From positions 60,016,001-60,080,000 of the forward strand of contig OX597820.1 of the NCBI GenBank assembly GCA_951406725.2: a DNA stretch of 64,000 nt. The letters run 5' to 3'. Below, in pieces: positions 1 through 14,958 of this stretch (position 1 is the stretch's first letter; each line of letters opens with the position of its first letter). A model generated the notes under the pieces. That model had not been told where the DNA came from and ran no database searches. It worked only from the letters and a program-made list of their open reading frames with translations. The DNA comes from Octopus vulgaris (lineage: Eukaryota). The position numbers and the translations under genes are program-made.

Positions 1-409
1 AAAACCCTAATGTTACTACAAGGGAAATGGCCATGCTCAATATCCAGGAAAGAAATAGGAAGAAATTCCAGACAATATATTGAGTGCAAACTGTAGATGC
101 ACAAAGTATAGTAGAACTGCAGACAAGTGTGTGTAGATAGCTAGTGGTATAAAAACTTAAGTATTTAATACATCAATGAGTATATATATTTTTACACATG
201 TCAATGAAATATTTGGAAAACTGAACTAGAATTTGCTAGTCTTTGTAGTAAATATCAAAGTTTATGAGCGCAATCTCAAAATTATGAGAGTTCAAGAACA
301 GATGTAAACATGGTGTAAACAATAACAACAGAAGGAATATCAATAGTTCCATTAATGTTTTACTGTTTTAGTAATATCTTTACACAGAAATAGAACAATG
401 GTGTACTTA

Positions 410-511
<102 letters not shown>

Positions 512-583
512 CTAAGAAATTAAACTCACAAAAGAAAGGAAAAATAGAAACTGCAAAGATATTTAAAAGAAGTCATTTACCTA

Positions 584-757
<174 letters not shown>

Positions 758-2629
758 CTAAAAATCATGCAAAAAGTAAATAGAATTAAAAAGAAATAAA
801 AACTCAAGAACTTCAAAAACATTAGACTGATATATAAGTCAGTTACAGACACAGAGGTTGAGTGCTTCTGGCATATAATCGATTCAAGTTAACAAAAAAT
901 GGTATCTTAGTGTTTCAGCACAGCCCATTGCTCAATGTAATATGACAATAGAGAAGCCTTTATGTGGCTGCTCAAATTTAAAAAAAAGGACACACTGGAT
1001 AATGTAATCTTCAATAATACTGAGGAGGTGGGGAGGCCAAGCCTGGATCAGAAGTTTGTGGTTAAATAATGAATGTGATTGCAAGCACTAAGCAGGACAT
1101 TAACCACTTGAAACTACTGTTATTTTTTGTCTTCCACTTATAAAACACACAAACTAACCTGTACCAAACACTACCAACCTAGTTTCCCTTAATGTTAACA
1201 TACATCTGCTCAAATTAAAATATTTAAACTAGGTCATTTCTAAAGATGGAAGTTCAGTTTCTTTTAGCAAGATCTAGACATTTTAAAATAAAAATTTCTT
1301 AACTGTGACACACAGTCTAACATTTTGAGGCTTATATTGTGGATGAGGGAAGTGAATCAAACTAGTTCCTAATTCGTGCTTATTTTATGAACTTCAGGAT
1401 ATCTCAAATCTCATCTTTAAAAAAAAAAAAAAACATTTGATAAAAGTCCTACTGACATCATGTGTGAAAAGGGAAATGAAGTGATTATAGGTCTGCATAA
1501 TCAAGGTTGGTTTGGGGCTAAAGTGCTCACCTAATACTGCTATGTATTGCTCATGTTATAAAGTGGCAGGTAGAATCGAAAGAGCACTAGATTAAATCCC
1601 TTCGTTTTGAGATAATATCTGAGGAGTTAACCTTATCTTTCATTCTGCTAGGAAAGATAAAAAAAAAAAAAAACAGTGCTGAGTCTAATCTGTACCTACC
1701 AATAAAATTGTAACCTTGTGGTAATGCTAGATATCAATCACCTTGGATGTCTTCAACTATAGCTATCAGCTGACCAGAGCCTCGTATGTGGTTTTGATAG
1801 AGAATCTGAAAGCCTGGTGTGCGCATGTGTATACACTTACATCTTATCTCAACATTGCATGGTAGTTGTAAAAAGTGCTGCCATCATGCAAGCTGTGTGC
1901 ATTTCTAATCTTCAATGAAAACATGGGGAAATATTACCTTACTTGGAAACTGGCAAGAGTCGGTAACAAGAAGGGCATCATCTGGCCATAGAAAATATAC
2001 CTCAATGAATTCCATCCAACCCATGCAAGCACAAAAAAGTGGATGCTATGGTGAAGTGATGACGATAATGATTTACTCATTCCATGTTTATCATGGAGAT
2101 GAATGTGGTAGCTCTAAATATGTCATTTTATTGTTACCTATTTACTGAGCATTTTGTGGTATTATGCATAGATTGGATTGAAGCATTGAATTGTTAAATA
2201 TTCAACATCTCGGAAATCATATAATTAATATACATATTTAAATGTTTTTCAGTGCCAGCATAGGTTAAACGTCTATATTATCGAGGCATTGTTTTACAGC
2301 CTGATGATCTTCTAATTCCTTATCTTATTTTCAAATAAGAAATCATTTATTTCACAAAGCACGAAGGCGGTCTTTTTTCTGTACTATTACCTATCATCCC
2401 CTCTTCCATGACCTACTCCTGTTTTCTGTACATGTCCCCAAACAGATTCACTAGTGAACTTAAATGTGATTATTTAGAATGACATTGTAGGGTAAGTGTG
2501 AGAGGCCAGACCTAGCCAGTTTGAACATAAAACAAATAAAATATTTGGGCTAGATATGGCCAGTTTGAATACTAGAAGGTTAAGCAGAAAGTGTTCAAAT
2601 TGGAAGAAGACTGTGACACCTGCAAATGA

Positions 2630-2920
2630 TGAAGGGCTAGGGCTGGAAGTTGTTATCATAAGGGAGGAGGTGGTTGGGTTGCAAGTGTTTCATAGAGAAT
2701 GTTTATTTGATGAGGAGCTGATGCTCAGAACAAAAGAAAACTGAGAATACAGATGAGAACATGGAAATTCCATCAATTCCACAAAAATTCACTGCAAAGA
2801 ATATTGCTAAAGGTTTGACACTTATAGAAAAAAGTTCTGCAAGATTCTGTTGATAATCCTAATTGCGTGTGTAGTAAAATTTACAAGAAATGTTTTACAA
2901 GCTGTATGAAAAGATGACTG
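2630..2920 (+). mobile_element. Degenerate pogo/Tigger-like transposase C-terminal fragment
   Basis: One frame reads ENMEIPSIPQKFTAKNIAKGLTLIEKSSARF, then DNPN after a frameshift. This resembles the Tigger C-terminal KRFT..EMARGFSL.E..L..FE..DPN segment. Stops and frameshifts are present. Confidence 0.5.
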
Positions 2921-3287
2921 GCCATAAACACCATACAATTTTGGAGAAGCTTGTTGCCCCTCACATAAGTGTTGATGATTACCTATAAGTAACCAAGATA
3001 ACAACATTTTACTTCCTGAACAGAAGGAGGTCCATTACAGGGCGACTCACAGCTAAGACTACAGCTATCTGAAATGAAGTGTTTTGTTCCAGTACCAGCT
3101 GTCTTGGAGTAGAAACCATGAGATTGTGGATGAACTATAGTATAGATGGTAATGTCCCTCTTCCTCATAGTGACTGTCGTTCCACTACCCTCACACTGCT
3201 GTCCACATCTTTCATGGTAATAACAGAGCCTATTGCAATTTGATTCTTATTCCCTTAAAATATTTCTCTAAGTATTTTATGTATACA

Positions 3288-3661
3288 CTAGCAGTATCGC
3301 CCGGCGTTGCTCGGGTTTGTAAGGGAAATAACTATAAAGCATTTTTAGAGAGTTATAGCAAAAAAATGGAAAAAAAAATTATGGTAAATTTTTTTTTGAG
3401 AGTTAAAAAGGTCGAGTTGCGTCCCCTAGACAGTCTGTGGTTTGTGTTTCTGATTCTCGACCCCATGTCGAATTTATCGATTTTTTCAGAACTGGGGGAA
3501 CTTTTCAAAATTTTCGCTGCGTTAGTTTTGAATTATGACATTGGGCTATGTGTATATCAAGTTTCATCAGAATCGGTTGAAAGCCGTGGTCAGGGTGAGG
3601 GTACAATCTAACAGACACACAGACACGCACACAGACAAACTGCCGTTTATATAGAGAGAGA
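3288..3661 (-). mobile_element. Non-autonomous Helitron, both termini intact
   Basis: Minus strand starts A|TCTCTCTCTATATAAACGG and ends CCCGAGCAACGCCGGG (hairpin)-cgatactg-CTAG|T. Inserted between A and T with no TSD. CpGs are retained, consistent with a young insertion. Confidence 0.85.
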
Positions 3662-3841
3662 TAGTGTACTGTGCACTTTTTTTTTAGAAGTTATTTTCAA
3701 GCATAAAAGTGGTTGTGTTCCTTGGTTTTTTGCCCCACCACACCCACCAAAAAGCCCATTAGAATGCATTATCACTAAAATCAACAAGAAATGCATGGCA
3801 TCAAGTTTTTCCATGGGGAATGCTTATGTGTGTGTGTGTGT

Positions 3842-3873
<32 letters not shown>

Positions 3874-6379
3874 GAATCTAGTATAGGTGGGACAAATACC
3901 AAATTAGATGATATATATATGAGACTTTTGCCCCTTTCAAATGTCTCAAAATATTACCCTGTTCCCTATATACAAAGCTGAGCTTCCCAGCAGCTTTAAT
4001 GCACTAAAACCTTTTTCTGAATACGTGCGGCTAAACCTCAGTTCAGCCGCACGTATTCAGTTCATGCATTTTTTTTGCCATCAAATACAATACTTAGACA
4101 AGACACTAGTTTACATTTGCTAAGCTCTACCTGTTTTTCAAGGAAAGAACTATTTATTCCATTTGTCCACAAGCAGAGCAACAAGACAACTGGTTAAAAG
4201 TGGATGTAACATAACATCACTGTTTCTTGTATTCACATGTTATCTTGCAAAGGTAAGTAAATGTAAACATTCCCACAAGTACATGACCAATTGGCACAGA
4301 TATGACAGTGTGATCAAGAAACTTGTTTCTTAACCATACAGTTGCATGTTCAGTCCCACTGCAGAGAACCTTAAACAACAACCCAAGATAATTTAAGCTT
4401 TGTGAGTGAATTTAGTTGAAGGAACATGAAAAGAAGCCTGGCTACCAACTGTGTGTGCGCGCGCGTGCATACATGTCTTCTTAACATTGCACTAATTGTA
4501 AACAAACTTTACTGTCATACAAGCAGTGACATTTGGTTTGAAGTCTTCAATGAAAACATTATCTTGCTTGGAAAAAGGTGAAGTTTGGCAGCAGGAAGAA
4601 AATCCAGCCACAGAAATCTGCCACAACAGATCTCACCTGACCCATGCAAGCATGGGAAAGTAGACATTAAAACAAGTGTGTGTGTGAGTTAGAGAGAGAG
4701 AGGGAGAGAGAGAAATGTTCCTGTATAGCTAGCAATTCCACTCAAGACATTGGATTACCCAAGGTATAATGCAGTAAAATATAAATCAAAACCATGTGGT
4801 ATTGAAGCAAACTATATCCATACAATCAAGCCTCCTTCTATAATCGTGATTTTAGATACACTTTGCATGCCTGCATGAATTAGACAGGTCAGCTATGTCA
4901 GCATGAATTTAGGAGTACTGCTCACTTAGGCTGAAAGGACTTCATATTTGTGTTTTATTTTTGGCTTGGTTTCTATGGCTGGATGCTCTTCCTATAACAC
5001 CAGCCACTTTATAGAGTTTTATATGCTACTTTCATAGCATTCAGCACTAGATGTGTCATCAACATACCTAAAGATACCACACACACCCCAATGTCCCTGT
5101 TTGCTATCTTCTTTGCAGAATGAAGAGGCATGAATGACAGTAATAAGAGAAAGTGTGATAGGGGTTTAAATATTCTAATATAGGTACATCTAGTCAAAGC
5201 AACGACAGATGGCAAAATGATCCAAGAGAGAGAAGAACGACAGAAACTCAGGATAAGCAGGAATAAAAAAGAGTATTATAGCAGACAAGAGCATGATAGC
5301 AGGCAGTACAGAAGAGGGTGATGGGAGAGTGTACTGGGAGCAAATGATCCTATGTAGCTTACTCAGGCCAGAGAGGTTGAGTGATAATGATAGCAAGTGG
5401 ATCCTGTACCAGCAGCTGGATTAACATCCTTAGTTACACAGGAAGTAGTGTATGGCAAAGAGAAGAGATCCACTGCATTTTCAGTCACATCAACAGCAGG
5501 GTAAAGGTGAGTTTGAGAGGAGAAGGGAGTGACTGAGAAACAAGCAATATAGGTATGAGTGAAAGAAAGCAATGTATAGCAGACAGAAGATAAGCAATAA
5601 ATAGAAGAGATTCACTGCCATCCTTAGTCATCCACTTCATAAGATTCAGAAAAGTGGGAGTGAGTAAGAGATGAACATAAGAGCATGAGAAGCAAGAGAG
5701 ATATAAGCATAAAGGAAAGATAGATGAATGATAGGGATGCAAGATGCAGTAAGATAGAGGGATGAGTGATAGGGATGCTAGATTAGTGAGAAGGTATCAA
5801 AGGGGTCAATGATGTAGGACTTCACAGTATGCAGATATAAAACATGTAAGCATACATGTGTACATACATATCAGTATATAAGTAACACCTGCCCCACCGG
5901 ACATGTGACAGCTGTAAAATCTTAAGTGAAAAACACATCTGGCCATGAGAAAATGTTAACTTGATTGGTAACAGGTGAAGGTTAACAGGAAGGGCAACCA
6001 GTCACAAAAATCTGTCTCAATACATTCTGTCTGACCAATTCAAGCATGAAAAAATTAAGAATAAAATATATCAAGTCTTCCTCAGTCTCCCTTTTCTACA
6101 GGTTATATTCACTTTCAGTGTGTGGCATTTGTTTACATAGCTGTTCTCCTCCATAAGCATCAAAATGCCAGTAACAATGTACTCTTCCCTTGCACACACA
6201 GTTTCCCAATGTTGCCATGGGCTGAACCCATAATAGCATAGAGAACAGACATTAAATGATGATCTAATTCCACTTATGTTCAGTTTTTCTCTTAAATTAT
6301 TTGTGCTCAATATTTATGCACACATGTATTATGCATCAAGCAGAACAAACTTACATTTCTTTCTGGTGGAGAAAGAAAA

Positions 6380-6528
6380 TGAAAGAAATAAAGAGAAAGG
6401 GAGGAAGAGAGATGTGGGGGGGGAAGAGATAAGAAGAAGAGAGAGGGGAAGAGGAAGAGAGGAGAAGGGGAAGAGGGGGGAAGAGAGAGAGGGGAAGATA
6501 GAGAAGAGAGGGAGAGGAAGAGGAGAGA

Positions 6529-6559
<31 letters not shown>

Positions 6560-6575
6560 AGAGAGAGAAAGAAAG
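6380..6575. repeat. GA-rich polypurine low-complexity tract
   Basis: Almost exclusively A/G on the plus strand. Begins about 35 nt from the VCP exon 2 donor. Confidence 0.9.
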
Positions 6576-6590
6576 TTTCAACCACAGTCA

Positions 6591-6737
<147 letters not shown>

Positions 6738-7755
6738 TCAACAATTAACAATAAAATATTTTTTTGTTTATATCTAACAATAGTTGGAAGATCCCGTTGG
6801 GCATTTACTATAAACATTGAATATAGAAACTTTTTATGCAATGTTAGATACTAATCAGCCAATAAAGTATTCAAATTATTAAAAGATGAAGGACAAATGT
6901 TAAATTTTACATCTCAAGACATATCCACTGTAAAGATAGGAGCAGATCAATAACAAATGAAAGTTAAGTGATTCAAAGTTATAAAAAGCTTGTAATTTTG
7001 AAAATTTCTAAAAATTCTCTTTGCAATTATTATTTTTTTCTTTTCCTCATCACCATTTAATATTGAGAAACCTCTCCAACATATCACATTTTTCCTTGAG
7101 ACATTGTATGGAACATGTGTAAGACACAATGCTGCATGATAGTGAGGGGGCATTGAATATGGAATATGTTGGGTTGGAAATATACAAGTCATTTGAGCAC
7201 TACAGACATTAGTTGAATTATGCAGAGAGCTGACTACACTAGTTGAGACAACACGTAGTGATGAATATTTATGAAGAAAGACCTAGGAAGATGAGATGAC
7301 ACACAAGTGTCACAAAAGTTGCCCAAACCACATAAGCATGATAAAAAAAAAGTATGAGAAGCAAACAAGTTACAGAGAATTATAAACAACCCTCATAATA
7401 TAAAAAGTAATGACTAGAGAAAGGATAATATTGTGGTAACATGAATTAGATACCCAAATGACCAATAAAATCAGGGCAGATGGAAAAGCTCACATTGGAA
7501 GATCATTTATTTCACAAAATCACGACTTTTATATCAGCATTATGGATTGATTGGGATATGTGAAGTTGGAATCATTACTTAAAAATCACAAAATATTAAA
7601 AACAATATCACTTTCAATTTTATGTGGTGGCTGGTATGAAAAACTTAGATGATATAAGTCGAGAATCACCTTCAAAATTCAGTTTGCATGTTAATATGGG
7701 AAAATACAATAAGACGGTTTGTATCTAATAATTCATAGTCCTTAAACTTGTTTAA

Positions 7756-7887
7756 CCCTTTAATATTGTCTTTCTAAAAATAAACAATCACTTCATTGAA
7801 ATCTCAAAGCTACAAGATAATGCATGAGTAATTCAAAGCAATGTGAATAAAGAGTACATTAGACAGATTTATCTGAATGATAAAGGG
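7756..7887. mobile_element. piggyBac-type MITE, internally deleted
   Basis: TTAA|CCCTTTA...TAAAGGG|CTAA. Same family as 10111, 14067 and 43508, and a partial copy at ~2475-2582. Confidence 0.65.
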
Positions 7888-9186
7888 CTAAAGCACTTCT
7901 TTGGAAACAGAGTAAGTTAACTTCATAAGTTTTCACAATGGTTGTCCACTCCTGGTGACTCATTCATAAACAGTTGAACTTAAGACTCATTTTTTTTTAA
8001 TATAGTATTCTATAAAACCAGAGATGATGTAACAATGACTCAGCAAATATGTTGATAAAATAAGCACCTAATTTTAAAATAATTACTGGTCAACATGCAG
8101 AAAAAAAAATCCTAGAAGGCAATGTACCAATAATTGATAAAAGACTCAACATATATACAGAATATATACATAAAAGATAATATATCTTTTACTTGTTTGA
8201 GCCATTGGACTGCAGCCATGCTGGGGCACCACCTTGAAGGATTTAGTTGAACAAATTGACCCCAGTATTTTTAAGTCTGGTGCTCATTCTATCATTCTCT
8301 TTTTACCAAATTATGGGAACATAACAAACACTGATTGGAAAGTGGTGGGGTAAAGTGACAAATACAAACATACACACAAAGACGAGCTTCTTTCAGTTTC
8401 TGTCTAACAAATCTACCCACAAAGGCTTTTTGGTTGGCCCAGACCTTCAGCAGACAACATTTGCCCTAAGTGTCACAGTGGGATTGAACCCAGAACCATT
8501 TTAACTATAAAATATTTATCGGTTTAACAAATAACATAAATATAAATATTGTTTATCTGATTTTCTTCTATAATTTAACAGTCAATTGTCTTATGAATCA
8601 TTAAAATGTTATGGCATTATAAAGTAGGTAGGCAAATATCATGTGAGTAAATAACTCATATTTCTTCATGCTCCAGAAACTGGTTTTCAACTTGTTTTTC
8701 CCTAGTTTCAGAAATTACAATTTTACATGCTCTGCAGATTAACTACCTGGACATATTTTTTCAAATCAATTCTTATAACATTACATAACACCATAAATAC
8801 TTTTGCTACATTAATGGAAGATGCATTAAAAGTGCTACACTGAGAATGAAACCTGAAATTTCATGGTTGCAAAGTAAACTTCTAAATCAAAAGAAAAACA
8901 AAAATTCTAGCCTGGTACCAATAAGAAAAAATATCAGAACTAATACATCAGAAAAAATTGGCTCCTTGATTGTGCTTTACCCTGAGCAATGTCTTAATCC
9001 CCCTCCAAATCTGTTTACTGTAGTTAATATTAATACTATAAACAAAACAATTAGTTCAAATATTAAAAATATAGGGTGATTCAACTGTCCCTTTAACATC
9101 TAACTATATAAAATTTTTATTATTTTGTTAGAATTTTTCTTTTATATATTTCTAATACTATTTTTGCTATTTTATTGCATCTTTCA

Positions 9187-9217
<31 letters not shown>

Positions 9218-9852
9218 ATGTGTGCATGCATAGGCATGACTGCATGGTTAAGAAATTTCAATATTCTGTGAGAACATGTTTGGTTATAGGGAAATATTAT
9301 CTTGCTTGGAAACAGGTATGGATTGGTGACAAGGGCATCTGGTTGTAGAAAATCTGCCCAACCCATATGTAAGCATGGGAAAGTGAACATTAAAATGATG
9401 ACACAAGCACACTAAACAGTGGAGATTAAAATAAAGCTGTGTACATTTATATTTAATACAATCATGTATACTTAGACATGAAAAGACAATGCAGTATGTG
9501 TAATTGTCAATTCCCTGAGAGAGAAACTATAATGCCTTTGAGACAATTACTACTGCAGCAAACATCTTTCAACATTTGAATGTACAACAGCATGTTAAAC
9601 ACAGAAGTTCACAGCTTTTTTGTTTATAAATACACACATGCGCACACACACATGTATCCATCTCAAAGATGGCAAACTTGCAAAATCATTAGCACACTGG
9701 ACAAAATGCTTTGCAGTTTTTCTTCTAACTTTATGTTCTGATTTCAAATTCTCCTGAGGTTGATTTTGTTTTTCATCCTTACAAGGTCAATAAAATAGAG
9801 AACTAGAGTCAATGTAACTGACTAACCCCTGTTCCAAGGATTATTATCATCA

Positions 9853-10395
9853 GGTGCAGGCATGGCTGTGTACCAAGAAGTTTATTTACTTCCCAACTAT
9901 ATGGTTCTGGGTTCAGTCTGTGTGGCACCTCAGGGAAAGTCTCTTCTATCATAATCTGGGCCCAACCAAAGCCTTGTGAGTGCATTAGGTAGACAATAAC
10001 TGAAGGAAGCCCGTTGTGTGTTTGTCACTGCTTGACAACTGGTGTTGGTCTCTTTACATGCTGTAACTTAGAGGTTCAAAGAGACCAATAGAATAAGTAC
10101 CAGATTTTAACCCTTTAGTATTTAAACCAGCCATATCAGGCTCAAAGTAATCTACCTATTTTATGTTCAAACTGATCAGATCCAGCCACTCACACCTACC
10201 TCATATTGTTATTGTAAAAATAGACAATCACGCTGTTGAAACCTTAAAGCTATGGGATAATGCACGATTAATTCAAAACAATGTGAATATATAAGCATTA
10301 CATTTGACATAGTAATCTGAATGTTAAAGAAACTAGATTGGATTTGTTTGAGTAAACCCTTCAAGGCATTGTCTCAGCATGGCTGTTCAATTACC
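9853..10395 (+). mobile_element. tRNA-derived SINE with nested piggyBac-type MITE (10111-~10330)
   Basis: SINE head ggtgcaggcatggctgtg...ggttcagtc. The body is interrupted at TTAA by CCCTTTAGTATTT..., and the SINE tail (cttcaaggc...cagcatggc) resumes afterwards. Confidence 0.7.
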
Positions 10396-10989
10396 AAGGA
10401 AGGGTGGTGGTTCTGGGTGGGTAGGAAACATAAACAGGCTAGCTATCTTGAAATCCCTGGGTTCTAGCAGTCAATGGGATGGGAGGTAAATAATATAAGG
10501 GAGATTTAAGGGAGTGATATAAAGAGAGGGAGATATGACATACATTAAGAAGTTCTGACCTAGATTATTAGTTATATTAATACTAAAAGGACTTTTGAAT
10601 CATCATGTATAACAGAGTTTTAGAAGGCATTAAAGATTTAGATAAGTAACACTCCTTTCAATTCATAAAATGGAATCTACAAGATATATTATTTAATATA
10701 TCTGTTAAACTGGTTTTTTAACTAAGGGGTTGACAACTTGACTGCAATTCCTAAATATGTTAATCCAATGAATCAAAGTTAACTAAAAGATTATATCTTA
10801 TCACAATTCACTTATGCACATGTTAGCCACCATAGTCACTATTTCAATTTGATGAAAATGGATTGCGAAAGTAATGCTTCAAAGTAAATCACAACTGGTG
10901 TAACTTGAATTCATATTATGTTTATTCATTAGAGATATTCTCATATATGGAAAACCAGTTGCAAAAATTGTTTATTATCCTCATTTCTA

Positions 10990-12420
10990 TGCTTGCTTGT
11001 GTTGAATTGGTCTTCTCTTAGAACAGAGTCTCACTATTTGCTGCATCACTTCTGTGTCTTCCCAGTCTCCTTCAACATCATTTTAACACTGATCCAACTG
11101 TCATCATCCATGCACGTCACATATGTATGTACTAGCAGTCTTGTCTTTTGCACATTACATTTAATTTTTCCTATGTCCAGTTTTTCTCTTATTTCATATG
11201 TGCTCAGTCATTTAAGGACACACATGCCAATGAAATAAACAGGTTTCATTAATTTTGTACAGACATCATCCACATTCATGTCTATATTTTCGTACCAACA
11301 CCACTCTTTGTAAGCAAGCATTATATACCATCTCCCCTTCACTAAGACAATCCTTTTGTTACCAGCAGAGTTAGCTTCCTGAGCCTTTTTCACCCCATTC
11401 CTACTTTGGCTACTAAACAACTATTGCAACTGTTAATTAGGTCACCTAAGAAACAAAAACTTAATTCCAATGAAACTTCCTATCAACTCCTTTTCCATGT
11501 ATCAAATACGACCACTTCCCAGATAGCAGTAAAGTCAAAACTTCTTTCCTGCTACCAACAACATTTGTCTTTCAATTCTAATCTTTGTACATTTAGAATT
11601 TCTTCAACAAATTCAGCTATGCAAACAAAGTCGTTAATATAAAAGATTTTCCATGAACAGCTAGTTTTAAACTCCTGCTTTGTCCTCAAGAACAAGAATA
11701 AATAGGAGGAAGTTAAGAACTGAGTCATGATAGACACCTACCTGCTAACACACTACTGATAGTATTTTAGTACATAGCTTGCAAGACTCTCACAAGATGA
11801 TTAATCTATGCCTAGTTTTTATAATGATCACCAGACCAGAGTGTGGTACTCTGGGACTTCTCAAGATTAACAAATGTTAGAAAAAGTGGCTTACTTTTGA
11901 GTAGTCGTCTCTCTAGAAAAAGAGCTTCAATGGCAACTTAACCTATCACAAATCCAAACATCTCATCTAAACCGAGTTTCTTCCTCATCAGTGGTGTTAT
12001 AACTTTCTGGAACTTTTGTAACCTAAATTATACAAGAGCTCCCGCCTTTTCCTCTGTGGCAGTTAATGATACTGTTGCACCAATCATTGGAGAGGACACT
12101 CCCAGTGGTACCTGATTATGCAAGTACCCGTCCTACTTCGCAAGATATTTTCAGTATCTTAACTGCTGCATCTGGACTAACTGGTCCAGATACTTGCTCT
12201 TACCTTTATCTCCTTAAGCCTGGTTTCAACAGTATGGCTGTTAGCATCAATAACTATAAGCAAACCCAATTTGGGGTCCACTAAAAGTAGATTTTCCCTC
12301 CACTATGCATTCACTTCACAGCATTTCAGGCATCAGCAAGGTCAAATGTGTTTTCAGTTTCCTCAATGACATCTTAGTCTGAACAAACACATTACTTTGC
12401 AATCAGAAATACCTCACATT
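10990..12420 (-). mobile_element. Old, highly degraded RTE-like LINE remnant
   Basis: 10990-11200 resembles the 3' coding end of the RTE copies at 23.2-23.5 kb and 27.9-28.1 kb. No intact ORF, and the extent is uncertain. Confidence 0.4.
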
Positions 12421-13064
12421 GCTGAACATTGGCAAACCTCTTACTTTCAGCTACTCTCCTTGCTATGTTTTTTTATTTAAGCTATTTCTGTACTTTTTTG
12501 TATTTTTTGTACTTCCATTGTTTTTTTTTTGTTTTTTTTTATTTTTATACTTCAACTCTTTTCAGATACATCTCTTCTATTTTATGGCTCTACAAACTGT
12601 AACCATCTATCATTGTGACCAAAACATTGCTCCACTCACCTCTGGCCCGTGGTCTACAGCATATTTGCTCATTCATCCCCTCTGTTATAAATCCATCTCA
12701 AATAAGTATCAACTTGAAATTCTTTGAATCTATACTCATCCAAGGGATCTCAACCTCCATACATTCCTTCTTTTGTTTTTTTTGTATCTGGTGGTAATCT
12801 TGATATGAACACACTCATTGGTGTATCTTTTCCAAAACGGAACAAGATATGAATAGGCATCCAACCACCACCAAGATATGACTACAAGCTGACCTACTGA
12901 GCTTCTACATCTAATATTACACACAAACATATCAATATAACGACTAAGAATACAAATTCTTCTGAATGTCTAAATGTTAAAATTTTTGTAAACTAGTTTG
13001 AAAAAGGAGTAGAAACAGAGCAGAAACATCAATAGGCTTTGACCATAAAGGTACTAATTTTTTA

Positions 13065-13796
13065 CTAGACTACCTATGACCCATTGGATCAACAACAGTT
13101 CAAAGTACCTGAAAAAAAAATGCACATCTTGGGAACCTGTAGCCCAATTCATGCAAAACTTGTTTTATTCTGTTTGTATTCACATTTCAATGGTACCTTA
13201 CTTTCAAAGCATTTCCCCATTATGCACCAGTTTATAAAAGTACCCCCCACACACACACACATCTCAGGAATCTGTGGTCCAATTTATGTGAAACTTATTC
13301 TGTTTGTATTCACATTTCAATGGTACCTTACTTTTAAAGTATTTTCTCCATTATGTGCCAGTTTGGCTGTATTAAATTAGACAAGCAAGCAGACAGGCAA
13401 TCATAAAGGTACCTGAAAAAACTGTATCTTGGAAACCCATGGTCCGATTTACATGAAACTTGTCTTATTCTGTTTGTATTCCCATTTCAGGGGCACTTTA
13501 CTTCAGAGTATTTTCCCATTATGCATCGGTTTGGCTGTATTAAATTACAGACAAGCATGCATGCAAGCAAACACGCAAACAAAACTATCCGGGTGTTCAT
13601 AGTAAAAGACAATAACTCCAGGTTTCACTGCTTAAATTTGTGGAATCTGTGGTCCAATTTATGCAAAACTTGTTTTATTCTATTTGTATTTTCATTTCAG
13701 GGGTACCTTACTTTCAGAGTACTAACTCATTATGTGCTGATTTGGCTGTATTAAATTACAGACAAGCATGCAATCAGAATTTTATTATTATATAGA
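13065..13796 (-). mobile_element. Non-autonomous Helitron with four internal tandem units
   Basis: Minus strand starts A|TCTATATAATAATAAA and ends GATCCAATGGGTC (hairpin)-ataggtagt-CTAG|T. Four copies of a ~120-nt core (ggtccaattt..aaacttgttttattctgtttgtattc.catttca...ttactttc) start near 13130, 13265, 13430 and 13640. Confidence 0.7.
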
Positions 13797-14066
13797 TTGA
13801 GTATTAGAAATTTTCTAAGGAGTTGAAACTAAATTTCCAATAAATAAAATAACAAAAGGAATAGCCCTCTCTCTATATATATACTTCTGATTTATAAGCC
13901 AACAATGGAGCTTCTCCACACAGTAGCATGACCTACCTGATGTATCATTTTAATATCCCTCAAAACACACCTATACCTTATAAAATGATATGTACACTAC
14001 TAAAAGATCATAAGAACACCCATGATCACATTAGTATCAGATGAACTAAACAAAAACACTTGCTAT

Positions 14067-14248
14067 TCCTTTAGCATTCACATTGTTTTGAATTAATCAT
14101 ACATTGTCTTATAGCATCAAGATTTTAATGATGTAGCTATTTATTTTTACAAGAGTGCAGGGTAGGTGTGAGGGACCAGATCCAGCTGGTTTGAACATAC
14201 AACAGATAATATTTCAAGCTGGTTTTGACTGGCTTAAATGCTAAAGGG
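14067..14248. mobile_element. piggyBac-type MITE
   Basis: CCTTTAGCATT...AATGCTAAAGGG|TTAA. Confidence 0.7.
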
Positions 14249-14677
14249 TTAATAGTTAAAGAAATTGGATGGGTAAGGTGGGTACCTAACTGTCAAGGCA
14301 ATATCAAAAGGAGAAATGTGCAAAAATCCCCATCTTCCATACTTGCAAAGAAAGAAATATTATTTATGTAGATAATAGAATTTTAAAATATACAAAGTTT
14401 CCATAATATACTTAAATCTACATATAATTTTCATTATTTTTAAATAACTAGATTGTTGGTCCATGTGTTTCCCAGATTTTAGAATGGGCACAAAGTATTC
14501 CTAAAATTGCAAGAGCTGAATAAGAGGGTGACAGAAAAGTTTAAAAAAGCTCATACAACCACTGCATCGTAGAAATGAAAGCAATTTTTAGCTAATGCAT
14601 ATAAATTTGTACTAGTTTACCTAAATGCCTGAGCATACACATCAATATATACATTATTGTATATACACATCAAAACA

Positions 14678-14900
14678 CAAAGCTGGCCAAAAGTCACCCG
14701 ACAGTAATCAAAATTCCATAGATACTTCATATTCAATTTTATTTATTCATTCCAATTATAACTGCTTAATAATTGAATGCAGTGAGTTAAAATCACCGTT
14801 TTTTTTTTCAACATTTGTCTATTCATTAGCAAAGTCTCATAAAATAATTTTTTCCTTTAATCTTGGAATTAGTCTTAATTTATTAGGTGACTTTTGGCCA

Positions 14901-14906
<6 letters not shown>
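14678..14906. mobile_element. Tc1/mariner-type MITE
   Basis: Terminal inverted repeats tggccaaaagtcacc / ggtgacttttggcca. The right end runs into a TA tract. Confidence 0.7.

Positions 14907-14958
<52 letters not shown>

Noticed and set aside
12690-12745. KYQLEIL/ESILIQ peptide resembling a Penelope GIY-YIG C-terminus
   Set aside because: It is too short and frameshifted to support without a profile search.
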